In this document: in pieces, positions 28,425-41,159 of the stretch
How positions within the stretch are numbered: position 1 is the first letter of the stretch
Layout: every line of letters begins with the position of its first letter
DNA from: Gemmatimonadales bacterium
Lineage (GTDB): Bacteria > Gemmatimonadota > Gemmatimonadetes > Gemmatimonadales > GWC2-71-9
NCBI GenBank assembly: GCA_035637455.1
Contig: DASPXE010000227.1
Coordinates: 12,078-76,077 of the forward strand
Reading direction: 5' to 3'
Length of the DNA: 64,000 bases
The notes under the pieces: model-generated
What the model was told of the DNA's origin: nothing
The model's database searches: none
What the model saw: the letters and a program-made list of their open reading frames with translations, nothing else
Made by a program: the position numbers and the translations under genes

Positions 28425-29108
28425 CTACAACAATCCCGCCTCGGCGAAGCTCACGTAACGATCGCCCCCCACGATCACGTGGTCGTACACCGGCAGGTCG
28501 AGCAACCGGCCCGCGTCCACGAGCTGCCGCGTCACCGCCCGATCGTCCGCCGAGGGCGTCGGGTCGCCGCTCGGGTGGTTGTGGACGACGATGATCCCTG
28601 CGGCCGCTTCCGCGATCGCCGCCCGGAACACCTCCCGCGGGTGGACGAGCGAGCTGTTGAGGATGCCCCGCGTGATCAGCAAGTCGCCGAGCACCTGGCT
28701 CTGGCTCCCCAGGGCCAGCACGTGGAACTCCTCGACAGCGAGATCCCGCAACCGCGCGCCATAGATGCGTTGCACGTCCGCCGGCCCGCGGATCCGCGCC
28801 GCCGGCGGCTCTGCCTCCGAGCCGACGCGCCGGCCGAGCTCGAGCGCCGCCGCCACCCGCGCGGCCTTGCTCCGGCCCACGCCGGGGATGCGCGCCAGCT
28901 CCGCCAGTGGGCGGCCACCGAGCCGACGGAGCGAGCCGTCCACGACGCCCAGCAGCTCTCCCGCAACCACCAGCGCATCCCGGCCCGCGCAGCCCGTCCC
29001 GAGCAGAATGGCCAAGAGCTCCTGACCGGTCAGCGCGGTCGGGCCGACTCTCCAGAGGCGCTCTCGGGGGCGGTCCTGCTCGGGGTGCTCGGCGAGGCGC
29101 AGGGGCAT
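28425..29108 (-). CDS. radC: RadC-family JAB-domain protein
   Basis: 227 aa. Shows PRERLWRVGPTALTGQELLAILLGTG, a helix-hairpin-helix segment (IPGVGRSKAARV), and the JAB motif VVHNHPSGDPTPSADD. Confidence 0.85.
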   Translation of the reverse strand: MPLRLAEHPEQDRPRERLWRVGPTALTGQELLAILLGTGCAGRDALVVAGELLGVVDGSLRRLGGRPLAELARIPGVGRSKAARVAAALELGRRVGSEAEPPAARIRGPADVQRIYGARLRDLAVEEFHVLALGSQSQVLGDLLITRGILNSSLVHPREVFRAAIAEAAAGIIVVHNHPSGDPTPSADDRAVTRQLVDAGRLLDLPVYDHVIVGGDRYVSFAEAGLL

Positions 29109-29128
29109 GGGGGGAACATAGGTGGGGA

Positions 29129-29142
29129 CGGGATATATCCCG
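29129..29142. promoter_or_regulatory. perfect 14-bp palindrome CGGGATATATCCCG just upstream of radC
   Basis: Read directly from the sequence. It ends 21 nt from the radC ATG. The AT core could act as a -10-like element or as an operator. Confidence 0.3.
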
Positions 29143-29151
29143 GTACCCAAA

Positions 29152-29255
29152 GAATGCGGAATGTGGAATGCGGAGTGCGAAATGTCAGGACGTAGGTCGT
29201 GCCGCGAGCGAACTCCCCGTGCAATTCCGCACTCCGAACTCCGCATTCCGCATTT
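29152..29255. repeat. heptamer-unit hairpin (GCGGAAT/GCGGAGT) in the secA-radC spacer
   Basis: Left arm 29152-29184 is gaatgcggaatgtggaatgcggagtgcgaaatg. Right arm 29222-29255 is caattccgcactccgaactccgcattccgcattt. The loop contains AGGTCGT, as in the 6187-6288 copy. The right arm touches the secA stop codon. Confidence 0.8.
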
Positions 29256-32200
29256 AGGCAGCCGCCCCATGGCACTTCTTGAACTTCTTGCCGCTGCCGC
29301 ACGGGCACGGATCGTTACGGCCGACGCTGGCATAGGGGTTGCGGGCGAAGGCGGGCTCTGGCGCGCCGCGCGCCGCCGCCCGCTCCAGCGTGGGCGGCTG
29401 CTCGGCCGATGTGATCAGCCCGTCCGCCGCGGGTTTGGTCGCCACGACCGGGGCGGCGCGGCGCGCGGGGTGCCCGCCCGCCGGTCCGGTCAAGGTGCGC
29501 GCCGGCGGCCGGGCGGCGGGCGCGCCGCCCGGAACCGAGATCTCGATGGGCATGTTGCGCCACCAGTCCTTGAACCACCCTTCCGCGAAGGTGTTCTCGA
29601 CGTCACTCATCAACCCCTTGAACATGTCGAACGCTTCGGTCTTGTACTCGACGAGCGGGTCCTTCTGCCCCCAGGAGCGGTAGTAGATGCCCTCGCGCAG
29701 CTGATCGAGGTCGTACAGATGGTCTTTCCATTTTTCGTCGATCACGCCGAGCATGAAGCGCGACAAGGCGCGCTCCCCCAATCGGACGGAACCCGCTTGG
29801 GCACCGAGCTGCGCCTCGACGTCCTTTTCCATGCCCTTCAGGTTGTCGAGCTTCGCCTGGAACGCCTCGCGTACCGCCTGCTGCGCGGCCCGTACCAGGT
29901 CGTCGCGGTTGTGGATCACCGTCGGATCGGTGACGCCGGGCACCGAGATCAGGAACTTCTGCAGGAACTCGGTCTCGAAGAGCGCGCGGTCCCACTGGGC
30001 GGGGTCGTCGAACTCCGCGACGAGCCCGTCCGCAAGCCGCTCGACCGCCGCCTCGACCATATGCAAGGCTTCCGCCTTAAGTTCCTCGCCCCCCTCGAGC
30101 GCGAATTGCCGCAGGGAGTAGATCACTTCGCGCTGCTGATTCATCACGTCATCGTATTCGAGGAGCTTCTTACGGGCCTGGAAGTGCTGCAGCTCGACCC
30201 GCTTCTGGGCCTGGCCGATGGCGCCGGTGACCCACGGGTGCGTGATGACTTCTCCCTCCTCGGCGCCGGTGCGGTCCATCCAGCGGGCGATGCGGTCCGA
30301 GCCGAACAGCCGCATCAGGTCGTCTTCGAGGGCGAGGAAGAACACGCTCTGCCCGGGGTCGCCCTGGCGGCCGGACCGGCCGCGCAGCTGCCGGTCGATG
30401 CGGCGCGCTTCGTGCCGCTCGGTGCCGATGATCACGAGGCCGCAGGGTGGGTCGTCGTAGCAGCCCAGCGTCTTGATCTCGGGCTGCGTCAAATCGGGCC
30501 GTTCGACCTGCTGCCCGAACGCCGGCTCGTGCGACGTGATGCCGCACACCTGACACTTCTTCACACCGGGGCCGAGCTTGATGTCGGTGCCGCGGCCGGC
30601 CATGTTGGTCGCGATCGTGATCGAGCCCGGCTGACCCGCCTGCGCCACGATCTCGGCTTCGCGTTGGTGCTGCTTGGCGTTGAGCACCTCGTGCTTGAGG
30701 CCGCGCCGCTTGATCATGCGCGACAGCGTCTCCGACACGTCGACGCTCACCGTGCCGACCAGCACGGGGAGCCCGCGCTGATGCTGCCGCTCGATCTCGT
30801 CCAGAATCGCGTTGTACTTCTCGCGCCGCGTCTTGTAGATGAGGTCGTGCTTGTCGATGCGCCGCACCGGGCGGTTGGTCGGGATCACCATCACGTCGAG
30901 CTTGTAGATCTCCCAGAACTCCCGCTCCTCGGTCTCCGCGGTGCCGGTCATCCCGGCGAGCTTGTGGTACATCCGGAAGTAGTTCTGGATCGTGATGGTG
31001 GCGAGGGTCTGGTTCTCCTCGCGCACCGCCACGCCCTCCTTCGCTTCCACCGCCTGATGCAGTCCGTCGGACCAACGCCGCCCGTGCATCAGACGGCCGG
31101 TGAATTCGTCGACGATGAGGACCTGCCCGTCCTGCACGACGTACTCCACGTCCTTCTCGTACAGCGCGTGGGCCTGCAGCAGCTTGTGGATGATGTGTAA
31201 CGTCTCGCTCTTCTGAGCGTATTCGGACTCCACGACACGCCGTCGCTCGACCTTCTCCTTGGCCGAGAGTGTTTCATCGTGATCGATCTCGTGCACCGCA
31301 TGCGAGATGTCGGGCACGACGAACAGCGTCGGGTCCTGCGGCGACATCGTCTCGACGCCCTTGTCGGTGAGGTGGACCGAGCGGCCCCGCTCGTCCATCA
31401 CGAAGTACAGATCGTCCTCGACATCCCGCATCTTCTGATCGCGGGCAGGGAGCTTGCGGTCCGCCAAGCGGTCGAGCTCCACGCGCTGCACCGTGGACTT
31501 GACGCCCGTCTCCTGCAGCAGCTTCATCAGCTTCTTGTTCTTCGGCATGCCGAGCTGCGCCTTGTACAGCAGCACGGCGCCGTCGTAGGCCGTCTTCTCG
31601 TCGCCCAGCAGCGGCTCGGCTTTGGCGATGAGGTCGTTCACCACCGCCGTCTGCTTGCGCACCAGCTGGACCACCTGCGCGTTGTACAGCGCGTACTTCT
31701 CGTTCGACTCCGTGCCGACGGGACCCGAGATGATCAGCGGAGTGCGGGCCTCGTCGATCAGAATCGAGTCGACCTCGTCGATGATCGCGTAGGCATGACC
31801 GCGCTGAACGCGGTGGTCCGGCGCGATCACCATGTTGTCGCGCAGGTAATCGAAGCCGAACTCGTTGTTCGTGCCGTAGGTGATATCGCACAGGTAGGCC
31901 TGCCGCCGCTCGGGCGAGCCGGGCTCGGTGTCGTCGATGCACCCGACCGTGAGGCCGAGCCACGTGAAGAGATGGCCCATCCACTGCGAATCGCGACGCG
32001 CGAGATAGTTGTTGACGGTGACGAGGTGCGCCCCCCGCCCGGCGAGCGCGTTCAGGTAGAGCGGCAGCGTGGCGACGAGGGTCTTGCCCTCACCCGTCGC
32101 CATCTCGGCGATCCTACCCTGGTGCAGCACGATCCCGCCGATCAGCTGCACGTCGTAGGGGACCATGTCCCAGATGAGCTCGTGCGCTGTCACTACCACC

Positions 32201-32574
32201 TTGGTGCCGAGCAGCCGCCGGCACGCTTCGCGCACGGTGGCAAAGGCCTCCGGAAGCAGCTCGTCCAAGGCGCGCTGCACCGCCGTGCCGAGCGCCTGCT
32301 CCGCCTTGCCAAGCTGATCGGAGAGCCGCAGCCGCTCCTCGGCGTCGGGGCAGTCGTGCTTGGCGCGCCGCAGCCGCTCGACCTCGGCCGCGAGTGCGCC
32401 CGTCCGCTCGGCGATGCGGGCGCGGAACTTGGGCGTCTCGGCCTGGAGCTCGGCGTCGGAGAGGTCCTTGAGCCGCGTTTCGTGGCCGTGGATTGCGTCC
32501 ACCAGCGGCTGGATGCGCTTGAGCTCGCGCTGGAAGCGGGTGCCGACGACCTTCGTGACGAGACGTTTGAGCAT
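29254..32574 (-). CDS. secA: preprotein translocase ATPase SecA
   Basis: 1106 aa. Shows [13 protein letters not shown] and [19 protein letters not shown], with the C-terminal zinc motif [14 protein letters not shown]. Confidence 0.97.
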   Translation of the reverse strand: MLKRLVTKVVGTRFQRELKRIQPLVDAIHGHETRLKDLSDAELQAETPKFRARIAERTGALAAEVERLRRAKHDCPDAEERLRLSDQLGKAEQALGTAVQRALDELLPEAFATVREACRRLLGTKVVVTAHELIWDMVPYDVQLIGGIVLHQGRIAEMATGEGKTLVATLPLYLNALAGRGAHLVTVNNYLARRDSQWMGHLFTWLGLTVGCIDDTEPGSPERRQAYLCDITYGTNNEFGFDYLRDNMVIAPDHRVQRGHAYAIIDEVDSILIDEARTPLIISGPVGTESNEKYALYNAQVVQLVRKQTAVVNDLIAKAEPLLGDEKTAYDGAVLLYKAQLGMPKNKKLMKLLQETGVKSTVQRVELDRLADRKLPARDQKMRDVEDDLYFVMDERGRSVHLTDKGVETMSPQDPTLFVVPDISHAVHEIDHDETLSAKEKVERRRVVESEYAQKSETLHIIHKLLQAHALYEKDVEYVVQDGQVLIVDEFTGRLMHGRRWSDGLHQAVEAKEGVAVREENQTLATITIQNYFRMYHKLAGMTGTAETEEREFWEIYKLDVMVIPTNRPVRRIDKHDLIYKTRREKYNAILDEIERQHQRGLPVLVGTVSVDVSETLSRMIKRRGLKHEVLNAKQHQREAEIVAQAGQPGSITIATNMAGRGTDIKLGPGVKKCQVCGITSHEPAFGQQVERPDLTQPEIKTLGCYDDPPCGLVIIGTERHEARRIDRQLRGRSGRQGDPGQSVFFLALEDDLMRLFGSDRIARWMDRTGAEEGEVITHPWVTGAIGQAQKRVELQHFQARKKLLEYDDVMNQQREVIYSLRQFALEGGEELKAEALHMVEAAVERLADGLVAEFDDPAQWDRALFETEFLQKFLISVPGVTDPTVIHNRDDLVRAAQQAVREAFQAKLDNLKGMEKDVEAQLGAQAGSVRLGERALSRFMLGVIDEKWKDHLYDLDQLREGIYYRSWGQKDPLVEYKTEAFDMFKGLMSDVENTFAEGWFKDWWRNMPIEISVPGGAPAARPPARTLTGPAGGHPARRAAPVVATKPAADGLITSAEQPPTLERAAARGAPEPAFARNPYASVGRNDPCPCGSGKKFKKCHGAAA

Positions 32575-32581
32575 CAGTCCT

Positions 32582-33142
32582 CTAACGATATAGCCCGCGC
32601 GCGGCGATGTAGTCGCGTACCGCGTCGGGGACGAGATACCGGATGGACAGGCCGCGCCGCACGCGCTCCCGGATCAGGGTAGCCGATACCTCCACGCCGG
32701 GCACGTCGAGCACGCGACCGATCAGGCGGTGCCGCGGCACGGCCGCGCCCGGCCGAGCGAACACCGCGAGCTCGGCCAGCTCGGGCAATGTTGCGACCTC
32801 GTGCCAGCTCGACAGTTCCTGAGCGGCGTCCGCCCCCAGCAGTAACGTGAACCGGTTCCCAGGCTCGCGTCGCGCCAGGGCCTGGAGCGTCCGGACCGTG
32901 TAGGACGGGGAGGGGAGCGTGAGCTCAATACGGTCGACGGAGAGCCGCGGATTGCCCGCCACCGCGAGGTCGAGCATCTCCGCGCGCTGTTCGGCGGTGG
33001 CGCCGTACGCCGCGCGCTTGAACGGCTGCTCGCGCGCCGGGACGAACCGCACGGCCGCGTCGAGCTGGTCGGCTGCCGCCTCCGCCACGATCAGATGCCC
33101 GACGTGCACCGGATCGAACGAGCCGCCGAACAGGGCCTCCAC
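32582..33142 (-). CDS. nadD: nicotinate-nucleotide adenylyltransferase
   Basis: 186 aa. [12 protein letters not shown] is the nucleotidyltransferase motif, followed by ...[10 protein letters not shown]. Confidence 0.9.
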   Translation of the reverse strand: MEALFGGSFDPVHVGHLIVAEAAADQLDAAVRFVPAREQPFKRAAYGATAEQRAEMLDLAVAGNPRLSVDRIELTLPSPSYTVRTLQALARREPGNRFTLLLGADAAQELSSWHEVATLPELAELAVFARPGAAVPRHRLIGRVLDVPGVEVSATLIRERVRRGLSIRYLVPDAVRDYIAARGLYR

Positions 33143-33151
33143 CGCTCGGGC

Positions 33152-33922
33152 TCAGGAAGGCGACGGCGTGGACGGCGCGCTGGTACTCGAATCGGCCGGG
33201 CAGCTCTCGTCCAGACCGCGCGCCTGCGGGTAGAAGCGGCGCAGGTGGGTGCAGGTCTCCTTCAGCTCGTCGGTATACCCGATGCCACGATAGCTGTCGA
33301 CGAGCCGGAGCAACGCGTCGGGCACGCGCGGCGTCCCGGGATAGGTCGCGATCACGTCCTTGAAATAGATGATCGCGGAATCGAACGCCCGCCGCTTCAG
33401 GTAGAACAGCCCGTTCTTGTAGTCCTTCTCTGCGAACCACTCCCGCAACTGCTGCACGTGCTGCTGCGCGCGGGCCGCGGCCGTAGTGCCGGGGTAGCGG
33501 CCGGCGAGCTCCTGATAGATCGCCAGCGCCGACTGGCCGTAGGTCGGATCGAGCTCGGGGCGCCGCCACAGGCGCAGGTTCGCGTCGCCAGCGCGCAGCA
33601 GGGCAAGCGGGGCGTATTCGCTCGTAGGGTACTGGTCCGCCACCTGGCGGAACTCGTGGGCGGCCTGGACCCGGTCCCCCGTCTGGAAGTAGCACTCCGC
33701 CAGGTCATAACGGACCTCCCCCAGCTCGGGCTGCCCCGGGCCCAGCTCGAACGTCAGGCGCCGCAGCGAGATCAGCGCGTGGGCGAAATCGCCGCTGCGG
33801 AACTGGCGCCGGGCACGCGCGAGTTCCAGGTCCGGCTGGGACGCGGGCGTCACCTTCGGCGCGTGATGGCACGCCACGAGGCCGACCAGCGCGATCAGGC
33901 GGAGCCGAGTCGGGGTCCTCAC
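33152..33922 (-). CDS. bamD: outer membrane protein assembly factor BamD-like TPR lipoprotein
   Basis: The GTG start at 33922 forms a GTGA overlap. Lipobox LIALVGLVAC. The YfiO-like TPR pattern reads YDLAECYFQTGDRVQAAHEFRQVADQYPTSEYAPLALLRAGDA...NGLFYLKRRAFDSAIIYFKDVIATYPGT. Confidence 0.8.
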   Translation of the reverse strand: MRTPTRLRLIALVGLVACHHAPKVTPASQPDLELARARRQFRSGDFAHALISLRRLTFELGPGQPELGEVRYDLAECYFQTGDRVQAAHEFRQVADQYPTSEYAPLALLRAGDANLRLWRRPELDPTYGQSALAIYQELAGRYPGTTAAARAQQHVQQLREWFAEKDYKNGLFYLKRRAFDSAIIYFKDVIATYPGTPRVPDALLRLVDSYRGIGYTDELKETCTHLRRFYPQARGLDESCPADSSTSAPSTPSPS

Positions 33923-34839
33923 GGTGATTTCGGTGGCGTGGTCGACGGCGCGTCGGCCTTCCCCACGGCGTTGATTTTCTCGTGCGCTCGCTGGGCGATC
34001 GTGTCGCCAGGCGTGCCGCCGGCGAGCGCCTGCTGATAGTTCTCGAGCGCATCCGGGATGTCGCCTTGCGCCAGCTTCACGTCGCCCAGGCCCAAGAACG
34101 CGCCGCGCACCACATCCGGCGGCGACCCCGGCGCGGAAGCGCGCCGGAACCAATCCTCGGCGTCGGCGGGCTTGCCGGCGGCGAGCAGCCGCTGGCCCTC
34201 GATCAGCGCGCATAGCCCCAGCCCCTCGCGCGCCCCTTCGGCGATGGCCGGCTCGCGCTGCCGGCGGATCACGCTTTCGAACGCGGGCACCGCGGTGCTG
34301 CACGCCTGCGCTCGCACGGCGGCCATGCCGTAGACGAACAGCAGAGAATCCGCGGTGCGGGCGCTGCCCGCAGCGGCCACCGCGCTGGGCAAGAGCGCGA
34401 GGGCCGCCGCGGTGTCGCCGCGCTCCGCTGCGTCCAGCGCGGCGAGCCGGGTGTACTTTCCGAGCGGCCGGCTCGGCGACACCGTCCGCAATCCCTGCAG
34501 GGCGCTCGCCGCCGCGTTGCGCTCGTTCGCGGCCAGCGCGGCGCGGACCACGCGCTCGAGCCCATCCGCCGCTTCGGCGGCGCGGGAGCGGTCCGTCTGG
34601 CCAAGGGCGACGTACTGGGCGCCGGCGAGCGCATACTCGCCGGTATGCAGCGCCGCGGCCCCGGCCTTGGCACACAGGTCGGCGCTCCCCGGGTGGGCTT
34701 TCAGTCCCAGTTGGTATTCGGCCAGCGCGTTGCGGAACTCCCCCGCCGCGTAGGCCCGGTCGCCCAGCTCCTCGTGATCGGCGGCGCTGCGCGAGCAGGC
34801 GAAGGCCAGCACGAGCCACGCGAACCCCAGTCGCCTCAC
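33919..34839 (-). CDS. TPR-repeat lipoprotein, function unknown
   Basis: The GTG start at 34839 forms a GTGA overlap. Lipobox FAWLVLAFAC. Shows TPR-like repeats (LGDRAYAAGEFRNALAEYQLGLKAHP...). Only the last ~306 codons of the track ORF are credible. Confidence 0.6.
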   Translation of the reverse strand: MRRLGFAWLVLAFACSRSAADHEELGDRAYAAGEFRNALAEYQLGLKAHPGSADLCAKAGAAALHTGEYALAGAQYVALGQTDRSRAAEAADGLERVVRAALAANERNAAASALQGLRTVSPSRPLGKYTRLAALDAAERGDTAAALALLPSAVAAAGSARTADSLLFVYGMAAVRAQACSTAVPAFESVIRRQREPAIAEGAREGLGLCALIEGQRLLAAGKPADAEDWFRRASAPGSPPDVVRGAFLGLGDVKLAQGDIPDALENYQQALAGGTPGDTIAQRAHEKINAVGKADAPSTTPPKSP

Positions 34840-35648
34840 GGCTTCTTCCTCTTGCCTCCCCTGCCCTTCGCGGCGGGAGGCGTGGGATGGTCGGGCGGAA
34901 CGGTGGAGGGCGCGAGCTCGCCGGCGCCGGCCGCCGCCGTGCCCGTGTCGTTGCGAGCCAACATGGCGAGATAGGCCTCCACGCGCGGATCCTCCGGCCG
35001 CCGGTCCCGGCACGCCTCCCACACCTGCTTCGCCCCGAGACCGTCGCCGGCGAGGTAGCACGCGAGGCCGAGCATCGCGGCCGCGTCCAGGTAGGTCGGT
35101 CGGGCGCGGACGATGATCTCGAAATGCTCCCGTGCGTCGAGGGCCCGGCCCGCTTGCAGCAACATCCGCCCCAGCTTATACCGCAGGTCGTGGAACGCGG
35201 GTCCGAGGGCGAGGGCCGCGTGGTACTGGTCGATCGCCTGGGCCAGCGCTCCCGCCTCGCAGTAGGCGTCGCCGAGCGCGGCGTGTTGGTTGGCGAGCTT
35301 GGCTGCCACGTGGGCCGGCAGCCCCTGGCGCGACTCGCCGCCCACCTGCGCCGCTCGCCGGAACGCCGCGTCGGCCTCGGCTTCGCGCCCCAGCTCGTTC
35401 AATACGATCGCCCGATGGACGAGCGCCTCGACGTAGCGCGCGTTCAGCGCCAGCGCGCGGTCGAGGTGGGCCAGCGCCTGCTCCTGCTGGCCGGCGAGTG
35501 AGTACGACAACCCCAGCAGATGATGCGCGTCGGCGAACGCCCGCCCGCTCGCGACGACCTCCTCGAGCAGGTGAATCGCGCCGTAATAGTCCTGGAGGTC
35601 GAACCGCTCGCGAGCCTGCGCCACGAGGTGCTCAGGACTGACGTCCAT
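34836..35648 (-). CDS. TPR-repeat protein with a basic C-terminal tail
   Basis: 270 aa. Several TPR motifs (HLLGLSYSLAGQQEQALAHLDRALALNARYVEAL...) and a tail reading PAAKGRGGKRKKP. Confidence 0.65.
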   Translation of the reverse strand: MDVSPEHLVAQARERFDLQDYYGAIHLLEEVVASGRAFADAHHLLGLSYSLAGQQEQALAHLDRALALNARYVEALVHRAIVLNELGREAEADAAFRRAAQVGGESRQGLPAHVAAKLANQHAALGDAYCEAGALAQAIDQYHAALALGPAFHDLRYKLGRMLLQAGRALDAREHFEIIVRARPTYLDAAAMLGLACYLAGDGLGAKQVWEACRDRRPEDPRVEAYLAMLARNDTGTAAAGAGELAPSTVPPDHPTPPAAKGRGGKRKKP

Positions 35649-36609
35649 GTATCTCCTGGTACCAGCGCACGAAGTGCTGGATGCCCTCCTCGATCCCGAC
35701 CTTGGGCCGGTAGCCCAGCTGGCGCTCGGCGCGGCGCAGGTCGGCCGCCGTCAACCGCACGTCGCCCGGCTGATCGGGATGTCGCTCGATCCGCACCTCC
35801 CGCGCCAGGGTTCGCCCGACCAACTCGATCAAGCGGTCCAGCCGCACCCGCGCACCACCGCCGATGTTGATCGCTTCGGCAATCCCCCCCCCGCCGCTCC
35901 CTTGCGCCCGGGCGGTCCACTCTACCGCCGCCAGAACCCCGTCCACACAGTCCGTAATATAGGTATAGTCGCGCTCGGCCGACCCGTCGCCGTGCATGCG
36001 CACCGGGCTGCCGCGAGCGATCAGGTCGGTAAAGCGGTGGATGGCCAGATCGGGCCGCTGCCGCGGCCCGTAGACGGTGAAGAAGCGCAGGCAGGCGATC
36101 TGCATTCCGTACAGGTGCGCGAAGGCGTGCGCCATCAACTCCCCGGCGCGCTTGCTCGCCGCGTACGGCGAGATGGGCCAGACGGCTGCCGTGTCCTCGG
36201 CGAACGGCGCGGGAGTGGCGTCCCCATATACCGAGGACGACGATCCGAACACCACCCGCCCGATCCGGGCGCGCCGCGCCGCCTCGAGCACCCGGACCGT
36301 CCCCGTGACGTTGGCTTCGCTGTAGGAGGCCGGATTCTCGAGTGAGGGCCGCACGCCCGGCTTGGCCGCCAGGTGCAGCACGACCGTCACCCCGTCGAGG
36401 GGCAGCGGGTCGCGCGCCACGTCCGCTTCGAGGAACCGGAACCGCGGCTGACGGCGCAGGCCGTCGAGGTTGCGCTCCTTCATGGCCCGCGCATAGAACG
36501 GGTCGAAGTTGTCGACCCCGACGACCTCGTCCCCGCGCCCGACCAGCGCCTCACACACGTGCGAGCCGATGAAGCCCGCGGCCCCCGTGACCAGGACCCG
36601 GGGACTCAC
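35632..36609 (-). CDS. NAD-dependent sugar epimerase, UDP-glucuronate 4-epimerase-like
   Basis: Shows [28 protein letters not shown] and [20 protein letters not shown], resembling the Cap1J/LpsL-type SDR enzymes. It forms a GTGA overlap with uxs. Confidence 0.7.
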   Translation of the reverse strand: MSPRVLVTGAAGFIGSHVCEALVGRGDEVVGVDNFDPFYARAMKERNLDGLRRQPRFRFLEADVARDPLPLDGVTVVLHLAAKPGVRPSLENPASYSEANVTGTVRVLEAARRARIGRVVFGSSSSVYGDATPAPFAEDTAAVWPISPYAASKRAGELMAHAFAHLYGMQIACLRFFTVYGPRQRPDLAIHRFTDLIARGSPVRMHGDGSAERDYTYITDCVDGVLAAVEWTARAQGSGGGGIAEAINIGGGARVRLDRLIELVGRTLAREVRIERHPDQPGDVRLTAADLRRAERQLGYRPKVGIEEGIQHFVRWYQEIHGRQS

Positions 36610-37541
36610 TTGCAGACGAGCGTGCGGAAGTACTCGATGGTGTGCTGTAGCCCTTGCTCGAGCGAGACCGCAGGCTCCCAGCCGAGCGTCGCGCGCGCGC
36701 GCGCGATGTCCGGCTGCCGGACCTTGGGATCGTCCACGGGGAGCGGCCGCTCCACGATCTGGCTCCGGCTGTCAGTGAGCTGCAACACGACCTCAGCGAG
36801 CTGACGGACCGTGAACTCGTTCGGATTGCCGATGTTGGTGGGCTCGGGATCGCCTCGCTCGAACAGCCGCACGATCCCGTCGATCAGATCGTCCACATAG
36901 CAGAACGAGCGGGTTTGCGAGCCGTCGCCGTACACCGTCAGCGGCTCGCCCTTGAGCGCCTGCACGATGAAGTTGGACACGACGCGCCCGTCATTGGGCC
37001 GCATGCGCGGGCCGTAGGTATTGAAGATCCGCACCAGGCGCGTATCGAGACCGTGGTAGCGGTGGTAGGCCATGGTCATGGCCTCGGCGAAGCGCTTGGC
37101 TTCGTCGTAGACGCCGCGCGGGCCCACCGGGTTCACGTTGCCCCAGTAGCTCTCGGGTTGGGGGTGCACGAGCGGGTCGCCGTACACCTCGGACGTCGAA
37201 GCGAGCAGGAACCGGGCGCGCTTTGCCTTGGCCAGCCCCAGCGCCTTGTGGGTGCCGAGCGAGCCCACCTTCAGGGTCTGGATCGGCAGCTCCAGGTAAT
37301 CCACCGGGCTGGCAGGGCTGGCGAAGTGGAGCACACCGTCGAGCGGCCCCTGGACCTCGATGAAGTTGGTGACGTCGTGCAGCACGAACTGAAAGTCGCG
37401 GTGATCCCGCAGGTGCGCCACGTTGACGGAGGACCCTGTGACGAAGTTGTCCATGCCCACGACGCGATGGCCCTGGGCGAGCAACCGATCGCACAGGTGC
37501 GAGCCGAGGAATCCCGCGGCCCCTGTTACGAGGACGCGCAT
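36606..37541 (-). CDS. uxs: UDP-glucuronate decarboxylase (UDP-xylose synthase)
   Basis: 311 aa. [41 protein letters not shown]...[42 protein letters not shown] closely matches the conserved UXS core. The ATG is at 37541. Confidence 0.9.
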   Translation of the reverse strand: MRVLVTGAAGFLGSHLCDRLLAQGHRVVGMDNFVTGSSVNVAHLRDHRDFQFVLHDVTNFIEVQGPLDGVLHFASPASPVDYLELPIQTLKVGSLGTHKALGLAKAKRARFLLASTSEVYGDPLVHPQPESYWGNVNPVGPRGVYDEAKRFAEAMTMAYHRYHGLDTRLVRIFNTYGPRMRPNDGRVVSNFIVQALKGEPLTVYGDGSQTRSFCYVDDLIDGIVRLFERGDPEPTNIGNPNEFTVRQLAEVVLQLTDSRSQIVERPLPVDDPKVRQPDIARARATLGWEPAVSLEQGLQHTIEYFRTLVCK

Positions 37542-38841
37542 GCCCGCGGGCGGCCGATGCTGTCGTAGGTGAGGCCCAGGCGGGCGAGGCGCGACGGGTC
37601 GTAGAGATTCCGCCCATCCACGATGAGCCGCCGCGAGAGCAGCTGTTTGATCTTCGCGAAGTCCGGGTTGCGATACTCCAGCCACTCCGTGACGATCGCC
37701 AGCGCCGCAGCGCCCTGCAGCGCGTCGTACGCCTGGCCGGCGTAGGTGACGCGATCGCCCAACTGTCGCCGCGCGGTCTCGAGCGCCGCCGGGTCGTGCA
37801 CGCGCACCTTGGCGCCGGCACACAGCAGCTCTTCCACCAGCACGAGCGCCGGGCTCTCCCGCACGTCGTCGGTTTCCGCCTTGAAAGCAAGCCCCCAGAC
37901 GGCGATGGTTTGCCCGTCCAGGTTGCCGTCGAAGTGGCGCTGCAGCTTTTCGAACAGCACCCGCTTCTGGCGCTCGTTCGAGACCTCGACCGCCTTGACG
38001 ACGTCGAGCGACACCCCGTTCGTCTCCGCGGTCCGCAGCAGCGCCTTGACGTCCTTGGGGAAGCAGGAGCCGCCGTAGCCCGGCCCCGGGAAGAGGAAGG
38101 CGGATCCGATGCGGCGGTCGGTGCCGATGCCCTTGCGGACGTGCGTCACGTCGGCGCCGACGGCTTCGCACAGCCGGGCGATCTGGTTCATGAACGAGAT
38201 CCGGGTTGCCAGCATCGCGTTCGCCGCATACTTCGTCATCTCGGCCGACGGGACATCCATGAAAATGATCGGGTTGCCCGTCCGCACGAACGGTGCGTAC
38301 AGCTCGCCAATCACCTGGGCTGCCTCCTGGGAATCGACCCCCACCACGACGCGGTCGGGCTTCATGAAGTCCTCGACGGCCGCCCCTTCCTTCAAGAACT
38401 CCGGGTTCGAGCACACGTGGAATGCGACGGTCGTGTGCTTCGCGACTTCCGCCCGGACCCGCTCCGCCGTGCCCACCGGGACCGTACTCTTCGTGACCAC
38501 GATCTTCGGCCGATTCATGTGTTGGCCGACCGTCCGAGCCACGTCCAGCACGTGCTGCAAGTCCGCCGAGCCGTCCTCATCGGGCGGCGTTCCCACGGCG
38601 ATGAAGACGACGTCCGAGCGCTCGATCGCCCCGGGCACGTCCGTCGTGAACTGGAGCCGACCGCCGCGCTGATTCCGCGTCACCAGCGGCTCGAGCCCCG
38701 GCTCGTAAATCGGCAGCTGGTTCTGCCGCAGCCGCGCGATCTTGTCCTCGTCGACGTCGGCACAAATCACGTCGTTCCCGGTCTCGGCGAGACACGCGCC
38801 CACCACGAGGCCGACATACCCGGTTCCGATCACCGCGACGT

Positions 38842-38845
<4 letters not shown>
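37526..38845 (-). CDS. ugd: UDP-glucose 6-dehydrogenase
   Basis: [26 protein letters not shown]...[13 protein letters not shown]. The ATG is at 38845. The upstream part of the track ORF is rejected. Confidence 0.9.
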
Positions 38846-40154
<1,309 letters not shown>

Positions 40155-40158
<4 letters not shown>

Positions 40159-41159
40159 AGAGTTACCGGCGTCCCCCCCGCGGCGAGCGACCGCGTCGCA
40201 GCGTCGAGCACGCGCACGACGCGGACCCCGTCCGCGGCGCTCGCCCGCGGGACCTCGCCATCGCGCGCGACGCGGACGAAGTGGCCCAGCTCCGCCGCGA
40301 GTGGCTCGATGTTCGGGATCTTGGGAATGAAGATGTCGCCCTCCCGAATCGCCAGGCTCTCCCCATAGGAGCCGTACTCCGGCGGGCGGTCGACGCCTTT
40401 GTCGTAGATCCGGAGCTTCTCGCGCGGCTCCATGTCGTCGAACACTACCATCTTTTTCGCTCCCACTACCGTGAGCTTCCGTTCCTTGTGTGGGTCGAGC
40501 CAAGAGAGCTGCACGTGCGCGAGGATGCCGCTGGCGAATTCCATCGTGAGAAAGACTACGTCCTCCACCCCGGGCTGGAGGTAGCTCCGCCCCTGCGCCG
40601 CGACCCGTATCGGTTGGTCGTCTAGCAAGTAGAGTGCCATCGATACGTCGTGCGGCCCGAAGCTCCAGAGGGCGTTCTCGTCAGCGCGGATCTGTCCGAG
40701 ATTGACGCGCAACCCATAGAGGTAGAAGATCTTACCAAGCTCGCCCTCCTGCAGCAGCGCCCGCAGCCGCTCGACTGCTGGATGAAACACAAGCAGGTGA
40801 CCGGCCGCGACGCTCACCTTCCGGTCGGCCGCCAAGCGGGCGACCGCTTCGGCGTCCCGGACCGTCAACGCAAACGGCTTCTCGACCAGGCACGGCTTGC
40901 CGGCTTCGACACATTGCAGCGCGATGCGCGCGTGGCTGGCCGCCGGCGCGGCCACGACCACTCCGTCCACCCGGCTCAGCAGATCGACCACGTTGGCGGT
41001 GACGTGCGTGACCGGGTACTGCCGCGCGACCCGATCTCGGACCTTCGGATCGGTGTCGCACACCGCGGCGAGCTCGGCGTCCGCCAGTCCGGCCACCGTC
41101 CGTACGTGATTCTTGCCCCATACCCCGGCACCGATGACGCCCAGCTTCAGGCGGCTCAC
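40155..41159 (-). CDS. wbpB: Gfo/Idh/MocA oxidoreductase, WbpB-like
   Basis: LKLGVIGAGVWGKNH...LVEKPFALT. The GTG at 41159 forms a GTGA overlap. It sits between the aminotransferase and the dehydrogenase genes. Confidence 0.75.

Noticed and set aside
28425-29108. The RadC/JAB protein considered as part of a mobile-element or anti-phage module.
   Set aside because: It is embedded between rel and secA in a co-directional housekeeping array. No partner genes such as nucleases, methylases or toxin-like ORFs are nearby.
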